32,000 nucleotides of DNA from Halogeometricum borinquense DSM 11551 (GCF_000172995.2 NC_014729.1:570001-602000); one strand, 5' to 3'; numbered from the stretch's first letter, positions 16,010 to 25,480 are shown. The notes: a model not told the origin generated them from the sequence alone. Program-made: numbers and translations.

Positions 16010-16693
16010 TTACGCCGTCTCGAATCCGCGGAGGACGCCCGAACCGTCGGTGCTGCCGTTCAGGTCCGGAAGCGTCGCGCGTTCGGGATGCGGCATCAGT
16101 ACACCGACGTTCTCGTCGTCGCCGCGGATGCCAGCGACGTTGCCGCGTGATCCGTTGGGATTTGCCTCCTCGGTGACGTTTCCGTCAGCGTCGCAGTAGC
16201 GGAACAGGATTCGGTCTTCTTCGACCAACTGTTCGTAGCGGTCCTCGCTGATCTCGAAGCGCCCTTCGCCGTGCGCGATAGGTATCTCGATCACGTCGCC
16301 CTCCTCGTAGGCCGCGGTCCACGGCGTTTCGGCGTTCTCAACGCGGAGATAGACGTGTTCACACTGGAAGCGGGCGCTTTCGTTCGTTGTGAACGCGCCT
16401 TCGGTGAGGGATGACTCACAGCCGACTTGGGCACCGTTGCAGACGCCGAGAACGGGCGTCCCGTCCGCTGCTGCTTCGCGGACATCGTCTAGAATGGGTG
16501 ACTGGGCAGCCATCGAACCCGCACGGAGGTAATCCCCGTAGGAGAACCCGCCGGGAAGCATGATACCAGTTACGTCCTCGGGGAGTTCGTCTTCGTGCCA
16601 GACACGCTCAGCGTCGATACCGAGGTGTTCCAGGGCACGGACGGCGTCTCGGTCGCAGTTCGACCCGCCGAACTGTATCACTGAGACCGTCAT
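16010..16693 (-). CDS. purQ: phosphoribosylformylglycinamidine synthase I (glutaminase subunit)
   Basis: Has [26 protein letters not shown], the nucleophile GVCNGAQ and the MPHPER motif. Confidence 0.93.
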   Translation of the reverse strand: MTVSVIQFGGSNCDRDAVRALEHLGIDAERVWHEDELPEDVTGIMLPGGFSYGDYLRAGSMAAQSPILDDVREAAADGTPVLGVCNGAQVGCESSLTEGAFTTNESARFQCEHVYLRVENAETPWTAAYEEGDVIEIPIAHGEGRFEISEDRYEQLVEEDRILFRYCDADGNVTEEANPNGSRGNVAGIRGDDENVGVLMPHPERATLPDLNGSTDGSGVLRGFETA

Positions 16694-16945
16694 CTACGCC
16701 TCGGTCACCTCGACGTCGTAGTCGTGGATAGTTGGGTTCGCAAGGAGACGTTCTGCCATCTCGTCGGCGCGGTCTTCGGCGGCCGCCACCGACTCGGCGT
16801 CCATCTCTACTTCGAACCGGTCTGCCGACCGAAGCGACTCTAACTCGAATCCGAGGCGTTCGAGAGCGCGCTTTGTCGTCTCGGCTTCAGGGTCGAGGAC
16901 GCCCTGCTTCAGGCGGACCGTCACCGTCGCGGTGTAGGTCGTCAT
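16694..16945 (-). CDS. purS: phosphoribosylformylglycinamidine synthase subunit PurS
   Basis: 83 aa, MTTYTATVTVRLKQGVLDPEAETTKRALERLGF.., abutting the purQ start (stop 16694-16696, purQ ATG 16691-16693). The ORF-track extension to 17257 is not supported. Confidence 0.9.
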   Translation of the reverse strand: MTTYTATVTVRLKQGVLDPEAETTKRALERLGFELESLRSADRFEVEMDAESVAAAEDRADEMAERLLANPTIHDYDVEVTEA

Positions 16946-17165
16946 TGCCTCGTAGTGCGTGGTCATGTGCAAAAGCAGTTTTGGACTGCGTTTGCTATAC
17001 ATGGATGTGTGTATTGAGTAGGGGTGGATCGAACACCGTGTGACAGTATCAGCCGTGTTACAGACGCCGACGCGGCCCAATCGTTGCGCAGATGGACACC
17101 CTTTTCCCCGAGCAAAGTCTTCTCCCGTCGATGACTCCGTTCGACAACAGTCGGAGGTGGTACCG

Positions 17166-18257
17166 ATGACAGATCTCACCGAAATTACGGTCATCGGAGG
17201 AGACAAAACTGGACTTATCGCGAACGTCACCACGCTGTTGTTCGAACGCGGAATCAACGTCGAGGATCTCGATCAGGCCGTCCGAGACGGTATCTTCCGC
17301 ATGACGCTGCACGCGGATACCTCCGAGATGGTCTGTACCGAGGAGACGCTTCGGGACGCACTGCACGACCTCGGTGACGACCTCGGCGTTGACGTACAGG
17401 TTCGCTTCCCGTCCGACCGTGACACCCAGCAGATCGCCGTTCTCGCCACCAAGGAGAGCCACTGTCTCGAAGCGCTGTTCGAGGCGTGGGCCAACGGCGA
17501 CTTGGACGCCGATATCTCGGTCGTGATCGGGAACCGCGATCACTTGCGACCGCTCGCGGAACGGTACGACGTGCCGTTCTACAACGTCGGTGACGAGAAA
17601 GGCTCACCCGACGAGGACGAACTGCTCGACTTGTTGGACGAGTACGACGCCGACCTCGTGGTACTGGCCCGCTACATGCGTATCCTCAGCCCGAACGTGG
17701 TCTTCCGCTACGAGGACCGCATCATCAACATCCATCCGTCCTTGCTCCCGGCATTCCCCGGCGCGGCCGCTTACCGGCAGGCGAAAGAGGAGGGCGTCCG
17801 CATCGCCGGCGTCACTGCCCATTACGTAACGACGGACCTCGATCAGGGTCCTATCATCACCCAACGGGCGTTCGACGTGCCCGACGACGCCTCCCTAGAG
17901 GAGATCAAGTCGCTCGGCCAACCGCTCGAAGCGGACGCGCTCCTTGAGGCGGTTCAACTCCATCTCGACGATGCCGTGAGCGTCCACCGCGGGCGCACCA
18001 GTCTCCGACCGGGTGCCGACGACGCCGACTACCAACTCGGGATGACCGACGAGGCGACGGCGGCGAATCCCGACCGACCAATCGACGGTCTCGCAGACGC
18101 ACTCCAAGCGGACGTGGGAGTCGCCGACGGCGGCACCGTAGACGACGGAGCGAGTACCGACGAGGAAGAACAGCGGGAGGCCGAAGCAGCAGACAGCGAC
18201 ACGCCAGAGTCGAACGAGGACGAAGCGGAGGCGGCGCCGAACCCTTCGGACGACTGA
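17166..18257 (+). CDS. purU: formyltetrahydrofolate deformylase with a long acidic C-terminal tail
   Basis: An ACT domain (ITVIGGDKTGLIANVTTLLFERGINVEDLDQ) is followed by a formyltransferase core (LVVLARYMRIL.., INIHPSLLPAFPG, HYVTTDLDQGPII). The ATG is at 17166. About 90 extra low-complexity residues end in PNPSDD. Confidence 0.9.
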   Translation: MTDLTEITVIGGDKTGLIANVTTLLFERGINVEDLDQAVRDGIFRMTLHADTSEMVCTEETLRDALHDLGDDLGVDVQVRFPSDRDTQQIAVLATKESHCLEALFEAWANGDLDADISVVIGNRDHLRPLAERYDVPFYNVGDEKGSPDEDELLDLLDEYDADLVVLARYMRILSPNVVFRYEDRIINIHPSLLPAFPGAAAYRQAKEEGVRIAGVTAHYVTTDLDQGPIITQRAFDVPDDASLEEIKSLGQPLEADALLEAVQLHLDDAVSVHRGRTSLRPGADDADYQLGMTDEATAANPDRPIDGLADALQADVGVADGGTVDDGASTDEEEQREAEAADSDTPESNEDEAEAAPNPSDD

Positions 18258-18291
18258 ATATTCGCTGTTCGTCACACGCTTCAACTCGACG

Positions 18292-18301
18292 TTTTGTTTT
18301 T
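18292..18301. terminator. T-tract (TTTTGTTTTT) between convergent purU and purC
   Basis: An archaeal-style oligo-T run 35 nt after the purU stop. It overlaps the purC stop codon. The call is by position only. Confidence 0.35.
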
Positions 18302-19331
18302 ATAGACCTCGAACCCGCTCGACCGCATCCTCGATGGTGGGCGCGTCGAACCACTCCGAGTCGGTGTAGCCGTTCGTCCCGGCGGCGTACATCTCCGAGA
18401 CAGCGGTGAGGACGGACGCAGGCAGGTTGTCTGGCGACTTCTCACAGAGCGTTCGCCAGTCGGCAACGCCTTCCTCGCGGGAGCGGTCTTTCGCCTCGCT
18501 GACGGCCTCGACCCACTCGGGGTCGGTACGCTTGTAGTACTGTCGGACGACCTCTTTCGACACTTCCTGTCCGTCGTACGAAAAGCGGTTCTCGTCGAAC
18601 GTCCCTACCACGTCCGCGACTTTGATCGTTCCGTCGTGGTACAGACACTCGATCTTTCCGTCTTCGTGGGTGAAGCCCGCACGCTCGGCGCGTTCGTTCA
18701 GGATGTGGTTCACCGAGAGGGCGAGTTCCTCCAATCGGTCGAGTTCTGCGCGGCCCGCAATCGATTCCGCTTCTTCCCGGTCGAGGTAGCGGTCCTGTTC
18801 TTCGTACTTCGTGGAGAACTCGACGACCGGTTCGGGGAGGGAAACGGCCTCGTCGGGCCACGCATCGGCATCGAGACCGTAGTCGGCGGGTTCGCCACGC
18901 GTGCGGAGACTCGACCCGACAGGGACGGTGTTGCGGAAGACGATTTCCAGTGGGATCAGGTAGTTCTCGTCCGCCGCCTCGTGGTAGGCGTCGTAGTCGT
19001 AGGCATCCGCGCCGCTCCCGCCGACGTACGGCAGGTCCGGAACCTGCGTGAGTTCGATCACCATCTCCGTCGGCGGCGACTCACACTCTTTCAGGTCCGT
19101 TGTTTCGCCATCTTCGATGACTCCGACGTAGTGCGTCGGGATGTCGTTTACCTCCAAGAGTTCGAAATTGAACGCGCCCATCGTACAGAGCGACGCACCC
19201 TTCTTCGGGACGTGGTCGGGCATCTCGCCCCAATCGAACACGGAGTACTGGTTCGTGAAAACAAATCGGCCGCGACCGAGTTCGTCCGCCGTCGGATCCG
19301 TCTCCACACGGAACTCCTTCACGCTGGTCAT
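18300..19331 (-). CDS. purC: phosphoribosylaminoimidazole-succinocarboxamide synthase (long archaeal form)
   Basis: Has [17 protein letters not shown], ..IPLEIVFRN.. and ..HEDGKIE.. SAICAR-synthase motifs. Length is 343 aa. Confidence 0.92.
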   Translation of the reverse strand: MTSVKEFRVETDPTADELGRGRFVFTNQYSVFDWGEMPDHVPKKGASLCTMGAFNFELLEVNDIPTHYVGVIEDGETTDLKECESPPTEMVIELTQVPDLPYVGGSGADAYDYDAYHEAADENYLIPLEIVFRNTVPVGSSLRTRGEPADYGLDADAWPDEAVSLPEPVVEFSTKYEEQDRYLDREEAESIAGRAELDRLEELALSVNHILNERAERAGFTHEDGKIECLYHDGTIKVADVVGTFDENRFSYDGQEVSKEVVRQYYKRTDPEWVEAVSEAKDRSREEGVADWRTLCEKSPDNLPASVLTAVSEMYAAGTNGYTDSEWFDAPTIEDAVERVRGL

Positions 19332-19495
19332 ACGCGAGGTGCCGTCCGCCGCTTACAAGAAACCTTCCACTCTCGTGCTTACTCCTGCCTGTCTTTTGTC
19401 TAGAATATACACATCTGTGTATCATTAATCGGACGTTAGTTCCAAACAAATAATAGTCGTGATACTTTTATCCTTTGCTTACCGTACATTGCCCC

Positions 19496-20308
19496 ATGGA
19501 TGAACAGATGGCCGCGCTAGCAGACGAAATTTCTGCGGCCGATGGGGTAACCGTACTGACAGGTGCGGGTGTAAGCAACGCTTCGGGGGTCCCCACGTTC
19601 CGGGGGGAAGAGGGAATCTGGAACAACGAATTCGATCCGGCTGACTTCCGGATGGACCGCTTCGAACGCGACCCAGCGGGATTCTGGACGGACCGACTCG
19701 AACTCCACGAACGGATGTTCGGCGACGTGACTGGGCCAAACGACGCGCACCGTGCGCTCGCGCGACTGGAAGATCTCGGTGTCGTCGATGTCGTCGTGAC
19801 GCAGAACACCGACGGTTTGCACGCCGAAGCAGGGACGAATCGACTCATCGAACTCCACGGCAACAATGCACGGTCGGTCTGTGTCGAGTGCGGAGAGTCC
19901 GTTCCGACCGAGACCGCACTCGATGACGTTCGTGCCGGCAACTCACCGCCGTCGTGTCCAGTTGTCGGGTGTACTGGTCACCTCAAACCCGATGTGGTGC
20001 TGTTCGGCGAGCGCCTCCCGGGGGGAGCGTACGATTCGGCCCGGCGGATGGCGTGGGAGAGCGACGTGTTCATCGTCGTCGGGTCGTCGCTGACAGTTGT
20101 CCCGGCATCGACGCTTCCCGAGGAGGCCGCAGAACGCGGCCAACTCGCTATTTTCGACACCGGCGAGACGGAGAAAGACCACCTCGCACACTACCTCGTG
20201 CGCGGCGACGCGACGGAGACGCTCCCAGCCCTTGTCGAAGCCGTACAGGCACGTTTGGGCCGCGAAGCTGACACCCGTGGTGTCGAAAACGTCACACAAG
20301 AAGGGTAA
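19496..20308 (+). CDS. sir2: NAD-dependent protein deacylase (sirtuin)
   Basis: Has GAGVSNASGVPTFRG, TQNTDGLH, LHGN, the Zn ribbon CVECG...CPVVGC, and VVLFGE / VVGSSL motifs. The ATG is at 19496. Confidence 0.9.
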   Translation: MDEQMAALADEISAADGVTVLTGAGVSNASGVPTFRGEEGIWNNEFDPADFRMDRFERDPAGFWTDRLELHERMFGDVTGPNDAHRALARLEDLGVVDVVVTQNTDGLHAEAGTNRLIELHGNNARSVCVECGESVPTETALDDVRAGNSPPSCPVVGCTGHLKPDVVLFGERLPGGAYDSARRMAWESDVFIVVGSSLTVVPASTLPEEAAERGQLAIFDTGETEKDHLAHYLVRGDATETLPALVEAVQARLGREADTRGVENVTQEG

Positions 20309-20326
20309 CCCGGCGACGATCCGCCA

Positions 20327-20821
20327 TCACACTGTTTTCACGTACGTGTATCCCGGCACGCCGAGATGTTCGTCGTGGAACTCGCCATCCTGCCGGTAGT
20401 CTGCCGCCTCGTAGAACCGGACGGCCCGGTCGTTTTCGGCCATGACACCCAACTGAATCCGCTCGCCACCGTGTTCGCGGACGCGGCGTTCGACGTGGTC
20501 CAGCAACTGCTGGCCGATTCCCTCTCCCCACCGCATCCGAGTGACGTATATCGAACTGAGGTCGAACGTCGTTTCGTCGTCTGCGTTCGGTGAGGCGAGA
20601 ATGTATCCGACGACAGTGCCGCCCTCAACCGCAACGTCAAGGATGGTCTCATCGCAATCAATTCGTGCCTGAAACGACTCAGCATCGTAATACTCCGACA
20701 GAAACGACTCCATGGCGTCGGTCCCGACTATCGGTTCGTGGGCCGCTTTCCACGCGCGCTTTGCAACGTCACGAATCGATGCAACGTCCGTGGGGGCCGC
20801 CGCTCGGATCGCCACGTCCAT
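20327..20821 (-). CDS. GNAT-family N-acetyltransferase
   Basis: 164 aa. The acetyl-CoA motif A region is RMRWGEGIGQQLLDHVE, followed by ..RFYEAADY.. Confidence 0.85.
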   Translation of the reverse strand: MDVAIRAAAPTDVASIRDVAKRAWKAAHEPIVGTDAMESFLSEYYDAESFQARIDCDETILDVAVEGGTVVGYILASPNADDETTFDLSSIYVTRMRWGEGIGQQLLDHVERRVREHGGERIQLGVMAENDRAVRFYEAADYRQDGEFHDEHLGVPGYTYVKTV

Positions 20822-20983
20822 ACTCGGTAGTACTGTTGAGATACTGAAAAGAGTAGCCTAATCCTCATACACTGCTGTTCTGATTTGATCTAGTTTTCTT
20901 CCCGAAAGATAATTCTGAACTGCTGTAGGTTCGGTGTCACCTCGGCGTTGATTTATACCATTCGCCTTGCTGATACCAGACGA

Positions 20984-22696
20984 ATGGTCGTAGTGACCGA
21001 CGTATATCCGGCGTTACTCCTCGTCGCGGCCGCAATTTCCGTCACACTGTGTGTCATGACGTGGCGGCGGTCTGTCACCGGATCTGTCGCGTTCTCGCTC
21101 AACATGCTTGCCGTGACGCTCTGGCTCGTCGGGCACACGGCAGAGGTCATGGCCACGTCGGAGGCACTGATACGGTACTGGGCGAACGTCCAGTGGGTCG
21201 CAGCTATCGTCGTCGCCCCGACGTGGTTTCTCTTCGTCATGGCGTACCTCGGTAAAGACCAGTGGCTCGACCCGAAACGACTCGCAGTACTTGCAGTTGA
21301 GCCGGTCGTGATGCTACTGCTCTTGGCCACCAACAACCAGTTTCATCTCCTCTGGAACGAGCCCCATATCGACACGGTCACGCTCGGGTGGCTGTTCGGT
21401 GAGACGGTGACGTTGGCTGCCGCCGAGCCGGCGGTCGGGACGCTCGCCCACGTCGCATTCTCGTACACGTTGTTGTTCGTCGGGTCGCTGTATTTGGTCC
21501 GACTCGCTCTCGCCTCCGCCTCGGTGTACCGCTGGCAAAGTGCGGCCGTTTTGCTCGGCGTCTCTGTGCCGTGGGTGGCAAGCGCCGCTGCACTGTCCGA
21601 CGCGACGAGTATCGACCTGACGCCCGTCGCGTTCTCCGTCACTGGCGTCGCACTCTCTTTCGGACTCATCCGCTATCGCCTGTTGGACCTCGTCCCCGTC
21701 GCGCGCGACGCCGTCGTAGAGAATCTGAACGACTCGGTCATCGTCTTCGACCGCCACGGACGCATCGTCGATGTGAACGACGCCGCACTCGCCTTCACCG
21801 ACCTCGACGAACCCGACGTAATCGGCGCATCGGCCGCCGAGGTGTTTACGGAGTACACCGACCTCATCGAACGGTACCGGGGTGTAGCGGATATGAGAGA
21901 GGAGATTGCGATTGAACACGAGGGTGTCGAACGACATTACGAGGTGGATCTCACCCCAATCACCGGGCGCGACGGCAGTCGCGTCGGGACGCTCACAGTC
22001 TGCCGCGACATCACGGAACGACGACGCCGCGAACGCGAACTCGAACGCAAGAACAACCAGTTAGAGCGGTTTGCGAGCGTCGTCTCACACGACCTCCGAA
22101 ACCCTCTTCAGGTGGCAACTGGGAACGTCGAACTCGCCCGTGAGACGGGGTCTGACGACCGTCTCGACCGTGTGGAAGACGCGCTCGACCGGATGGACCA
22201 GATAATCGACGACATGCTCGAACTGACTCGTGTGGACGGTGACAGCATCGAAACCAGTGCAGTAAACATCGACTCGGTGTCGAACGCTGCGTGGCGGAAC
22301 GTCGCAACGGGCGATGCCGCTCTGACGGTCGAAGCTGAGGCTGTGGTCGAGGCGGACCGCGACCGACTTGTCCAGCTCCTCGAAAACTTGTTCAGAAACG
22401 CCGTCGAACACGGAAGTTCGGGTGAGACGTCGGAGCCGGCGGTTGAAGCCGACGGCGGCGGCAGTCTCCGCGTGTGGGTCGGCACGACCGAGAACGGCTT
22501 TTTCGTCGCTGACAACGGGCCGGGAATCCCCGTCACAGAGCGTGACACTGTCTTCGAGGCGGGACACACGACCGGTTCCGACGGAACCGGCCTCGGACTG
22601 TCTATCGTCTCCCAAATCGCCAACGTACACGGGTGGGACGTGTCAGTCGATGAGAGTCGGGCCGGCGGTGCGCGATTCGAACTGACGGAGCGGTGA
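20984..22696 (+). CDS. sensor histidine kinase (N-terminal 7TM domain, PAS, HisKA, HATPase_c)
   Basis: Seven hydrophobic segments are followed by a PAS-like region (VIVFDRHGRIVDVN), the H-box SHDLRNPL, the N-box NLFRNAVEH and the G-boxes DNGPGI / GTGLGLSIV. TTTATA at 20952-20957 lies about 29 nt before the ATG at 20984. Confidence 0.9.
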   Translation: MVVVTDVYPALLLVAAAISVTLCVMTWRRSVTGSVAFSLNMLAVTLWLVGHTAEVMATSEALIRYWANVQWVAAIVVAPTWFLFVMAYLGKDQWLDPKRLAVLAVEPVVMLLLLATNNQFHLLWNEPHIDTVTLGWLFGETVTLAAAEPAVGTLAHVAFSYTLLFVGSLYLVRLALASASVYRWQSAAVLLGVSVPWVASAAALSDATSIDLTPVAFSVTGVALSFGLIRYRLLDLVPVARDAVVENLNDSVIVFDRHGRIVDVNDAALAFTDLDEPDVIGASAAEVFTEYTDLIERYRGVADMREEIAIEHEGVERHYEVDLTPITGRDGSRVGTLTVCRDITERRRRERELERKNNQLERFASVVSHDLRNPLQVATGNVELARETGSDDRLDRVEDALDRMDQIIDDMLELTRVDGDSIETSAVNIDSVSNAAWRNVATGDAALTVEAEAVVEADRDRLVQLLENLFRNAVEHGSSGETSEPAVEADGGGSLRVWVGTTENGFFVADNGPGIPVTERDTVFEAGHTTGSDGTGLGLSIVSQIANVHGWDVSVDESRAGGARFELTER

Positions 22697-22749
22697 ATCG
22701 TTGTCGGGACCACGATACCTTTTACTCGTCTTGCCGAATGTGTGCCAGT

Positions 22750-24138
22750 ATGTCTGACCGTTCGGCGACTGGCCTTGACCGCTCGTTCGAACACGTCCCC
22801 GATACCGACCAGTCGTTCGAGAACGCACTTGCGAAGGCGCGCGCGGGTGATCGACTCACCGTCGCCGACGGCGTCGAACTGATGACGACCGGCACGGACT
22901 GCGACGGAATCGATCCGGTTCGGAAAGAGCAGGTTCTCGAAGCCGCAGACCGACGCCGGGCCGAGATGGTCGGCGACGACGTGACGTTCGTTGCGAACCT
23001 GAACAACAACGTCACGACGGCGTGTAACACCGGGTGTCTGTTCTGTAATTTCAAGAACACTGCCCACCAGTTCGAGTCGGAGTACGAGGGCGACCACACG
23101 GGCTTTACGAAGACGCCCGCCGAGTCGCGTGCGGTCGTCGAAGACGCTCTCGACACCGGTATCTACGAGGTGACTTCGGTCTCCGGTCTCCATCCGGCGT
23201 TCGTCCTGAACGAGGACCACCGCGAGATACTCGAATCCTACGAGAACCCGTACGCTGAAGTGGACTACAAACCGCCCGAAGCGTACGACAAAGACCCCGG
23301 CACCTACGTCGAACAGATGCGTGCGATGTCCGTCGGCGGCGTCCACCTTCACTCGATGACGCCCGAGGAGGCCTACCACGCACGGCGCGGCACCGACTGG
23401 TCTTACGAGGAGGTGTACCGCGAACTGAAAGATGCCGGTCTGGACTCTGCGCCCGGTACGGCCGCCGAAATTCTCGTCCCCGAGGTGCGCGAAGTCATCT
23501 GTCCGGGCAAGATTTCTACTGCGGAGTGGGTCGAGGGAATGGAGGGCGCTATCGCCGCCGGACTCGATGTGACAGCGACCATCATGTACGGCCACGTCGA
23601 GAACGCCGCTCACCGCGTCATGCATCTGAAAGTGATTCGTGATCTGCAAGACCGCACCGACGGCATCACGGAGTTCGTCCCGCTCTCGTTCGTCTATCAG
23701 AACACTCCGCTGTACGAACGCGGACTCGTCACTGAGGGGGCCGCCGACGCTGAAGACGAACTGATGATTGCCGTCTCGCGTCTGTTCCTCGATAACATCG
23801 ATAATATCCAGTCCTCGTGGGTGAAGTTCGGGAACGCGAAATCGCTGAAACTCCTCAACTGCGGCGCGAACGACTTCATGGGAACCATCCTCTCAGAGGA
23901 GATTACGAAGCGTGCGGGCGGCGGCTACGGCGAGTACCGGTCGTTCGACGACTACGTGGAGATGATTTCGGCTATCGGCCGTCCGGCAGTCGAACGCTCG
24001 ACGGACTACCGGCAACGCCGCCGGATCGCCCCCGACGACGCCCCGCACGGCCCGATGCTCGGCCCGCGTGCCGACGGCACGCCGATGCTCGCGGGATGCG
24101 AGAGCGACGGCGGCGAACCCGCACCCGCCGACGACTGA
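22750..24138 (+). CDS. cofH: FO synthase subunit 2 (7,8-didemethyl-8-hydroxy-5-deazariboflavin synthase CofH)
   Basis: Radical SAM motif VTFVANLNNNVTTACNTGCLFCNF, with CofH-like length and organisation. I chose the ATG at 22750 (a TATA-like CTTTTACT lies about 28 nt upstream). There is an alternative ATG at 22738. The tail ends EPAPADD. Confidence 0.9.
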   Translation: MSDRSATGLDRSFEHVPDTDQSFENALAKARAGDRLTVADGVELMTTGTDCDGIDPVRKEQVLEAADRRRAEMVGDDVTFVANLNNNVTTACNTGCLFCNFKNTAHQFESEYEGDHTGFTKTPAESRAVVEDALDTGIYEVTSVSGLHPAFVLNEDHREILESYENPYAEVDYKPPEAYDKDPGTYVEQMRAMSVGGVHLHSMTPEEAYHARRGTDWSYEEVYRELKDAGLDSAPGTAAEILVPEVREVICPGKISTAEWVEGMEGAIAAGLDVTATIMYGHVENAAHRVMHLKVIRDLQDRTDGITEFVPLSFVYQNTPLYERGLVTEGAADAEDELMIAVSRLFLDNIDNIQSSWVKFGNAKSLKLLNCGANDFMGTILSEEITKRAGGGYGEYRSFDDYVEMISAIGRPAVERSTDYRQRRRIAPDDAPHGPMLGPRADGTPMLAGCESDGGEPAPADD

Positions 24139-24219
24139 TTCCTGACTGTTCCGGGGTCAACCGTCGAGACGCGCCGGTGGGGCGCAGTCTGAAGTGGGTT
24201 CCGCCCCTCATTGTCCCCG

Positions 24220-24768
24220 ATGATGGTGACGACGCACGCGGCCGCCGCACTCCTCTTTTTTGCCACACCCGTGGCACTCTTCGCTCCCGAGTTCACTGCG
24301 GCGGCGATTATCGGCGCACTGCTCGGCGGTATCGTCCCCGACGTGGATCTGTTCGTCGGTACACACCGCAAGTCGCTTCACTTCCCCGTGTACGCCTCAC
24401 TGGCGGGCGTCGGCGCTGGTATCGTCGCTCTCGTGGCACCTTCGACCGCCAGCGTCGCGGCCGCGGCGTTCCTTCTCGGAGCGGGTCTGCACGCCGCATC
24501 CGACTGGTTCGGCGGGAGCGACGAACTCCGCCCGTGGGAACGGACCTCTCGCCGCGCAGTGTATCTTCATCCGCGGCGACGATGGCTCAGACCGCGTCAC
24601 ATCATCCGCTACGACGGCGCACCCGAGGATTTCTTCCTCACTGTCGTTCTCGCAATCCCCGTCGCGTACGCTGTTCCCTCGGTCCGTCTCGTCGTCGCTG
24701 CTGGACTCGTTGTTGGGGCCGTGTACACGCTGTTCCGTCGGCGCGTCCCCGACGTATTCGGTGTCTAA
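24220..24768 (+). CDS. membrane-bound metal-dependent hydrolase-like protein (YdjM/DUF457-like), paralogue 1
   Basis: Polytopic protein beginning MMVTTHAAA with ..GGIVPDVDL.. His/Asp motifs, and RPWE...IRYDGAPED shared with the next gene. The family assignment is from memory. Confidence 0.7.
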   Translation: MMVTTHAAAALLFFATPVALFAPEFTAAAIIGALLGGIVPDVDLFVGTHRKSLHFPVYASLAGVGAGIVALVAPSTASVAAAAFLLGAGLHAASDWFGGSDELRPWERTSRRAVYLHPRRRWLRPRHIIRYDGAPEDFFLTVVLAIPVAYAVPSVRLVVAAGLVVGAVYTLFRRRVPDVFGV

Positions 24769-24868
24769 CCAGCTCCCCGAGCGCGCAAGACATATACCTC
24801 TCCGTCGAACAGTACTGTCGGATGACGAACTCGCAGAGGCATCACACGCAAGGCGAGGTGCGGGCGCG

Positions 24869-25480
24869 ATGATGGCCCCAACACACGTCGCGGCCGGAAT
24901 AGCACTCGCCGTGCCAATCGCCTTTCTTGTGCCGGAGCTCGCGCCGCTCGTCGTCGCCGCCGCTGTCGCTGGAAGCGTTTTCCCCGACTTCGATATGGTG
25001 GCGGGCGAGCACCGACGCACGCTCCACGCTGTCGAAGCGTACGCTGTCCTCACAGCTCTCGTCACCTTCGCTGCTATCGTCGCACCCTCGCCGCCCGTTA
25101 TCGCCGCTGCAGTGTTCTTCGCCGCGGCCGCAGTCCACCCGCTTTTGGACCTCGCGGGTGGGAGTTCAGAGGCGCGGCCGTGGGAGGCGGCGACCGACCG
25201 CGGTGTCTATCTCCGGTCCCGCGAGTCGTGGGTCGCACCGAAGCGCTGGGTCCGCTACGACGGCGCGCCTGAGGACTTGGCGCTCGCCGCCGTCCTCGTC
25301 ACGCCCGGATTCGTCGTCTTCGGGACGAGTGTCCGCATATTCGCCGTCGGGACACTCATCGTCGGCCTCGGATACACGTTCTACAGAAAGCGGATTCCGC
25401 AACTGTCGGGTCGGGTGAATCTGCCCGTTCCACCGGTATTGACTGTCGTCGCCGCGCTGTTCTCGCTGTTCCGGCGGTGA
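24869..25480 (+). CDS. membrane-bound metal-dependent hydrolase-like protein (YdjM/DUF457-like), paralogue 2
   Basis: MMAPTHVAAG.., FPDFDM and RPWE...VRYDGAPED are colinear with the 24220-24768 product. It corresponds to the 3' part of the ORF-track entry 24260-25480, whose 5' part is an off-frame read-through of paralogue 1. Confidence 0.7.
   Translation: MMAPTHVAAGIALAVPIAFLVPELAPLVVAAAVAGSVFPDFDMVAGEHRRTLHAVEAYAVLTALVTFAAIVAPSPPVIAAAVFFAAAAVHPLLDLAGGSSEARPWEAATDRGVYLRSRESWVAPKRWVRYDGAPEDLALAAVLVTPGFVVFGTSVRIFAVGTLIVGLGYTFYRKRIPQLSGRVNLPVPPVLTVVAALFSLFRR

Noticed and set aside
17015-17045. tRNA-like T-arm (GGTGTTCGATCCACC on the minus strand)
   Set aside because: There is no complementary acceptor stem and no D or anticodon arms in the flanking 80 nt. 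It lies in the purS/purU promoter region.
16946-17257. N-terminal extension of the PurS ORF (187 aa in the ORF track)
   Set aside because: PurS proteins are about 80-85 aa. The extension is Ser/Thr/Cys-rich with poor codon bias. The internal ATG at 16943-16945 gives a canonical MTTYTATVTV start.
22693-22749. cofH starting at the GTG at 22693, with a GTGA overlap onto the kinase stop
   Set aside because: The first 19 codons have weak third-position GC and encode a Cys/Arg-rich peptide. A TATA-like box within them fits a leaderless start at 22750.
22108-23649. 513-aa ORF on the minus strand
   Set aside because: It is entirely antisense to the well-supported histidine kinase and cofH genes. 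Its composition is Arg/Ser/Thr/Val-rich and low in acidic residues, typical of shadow ORFs in GC-rich DNA.
24260-24868. 5' two-thirds of the 406-aa ORF 24260-25480
   Set aside because: This part is an alternative frame of DUF457-like paralogue 1 and is Ser/Arg/Pro-rich. Only the portion from the ATG at 24869, which is colinear with paralogue 1, is credible.
23817-24872. 351-aa Arg-rich plus-strand ORF
   Set aside because: It is an off-frame read-through of the cofH 3' end and of DUF457-like paralogue 1. Its extreme Arg/Pro content is incompatible with a haloarchaeal proteome.
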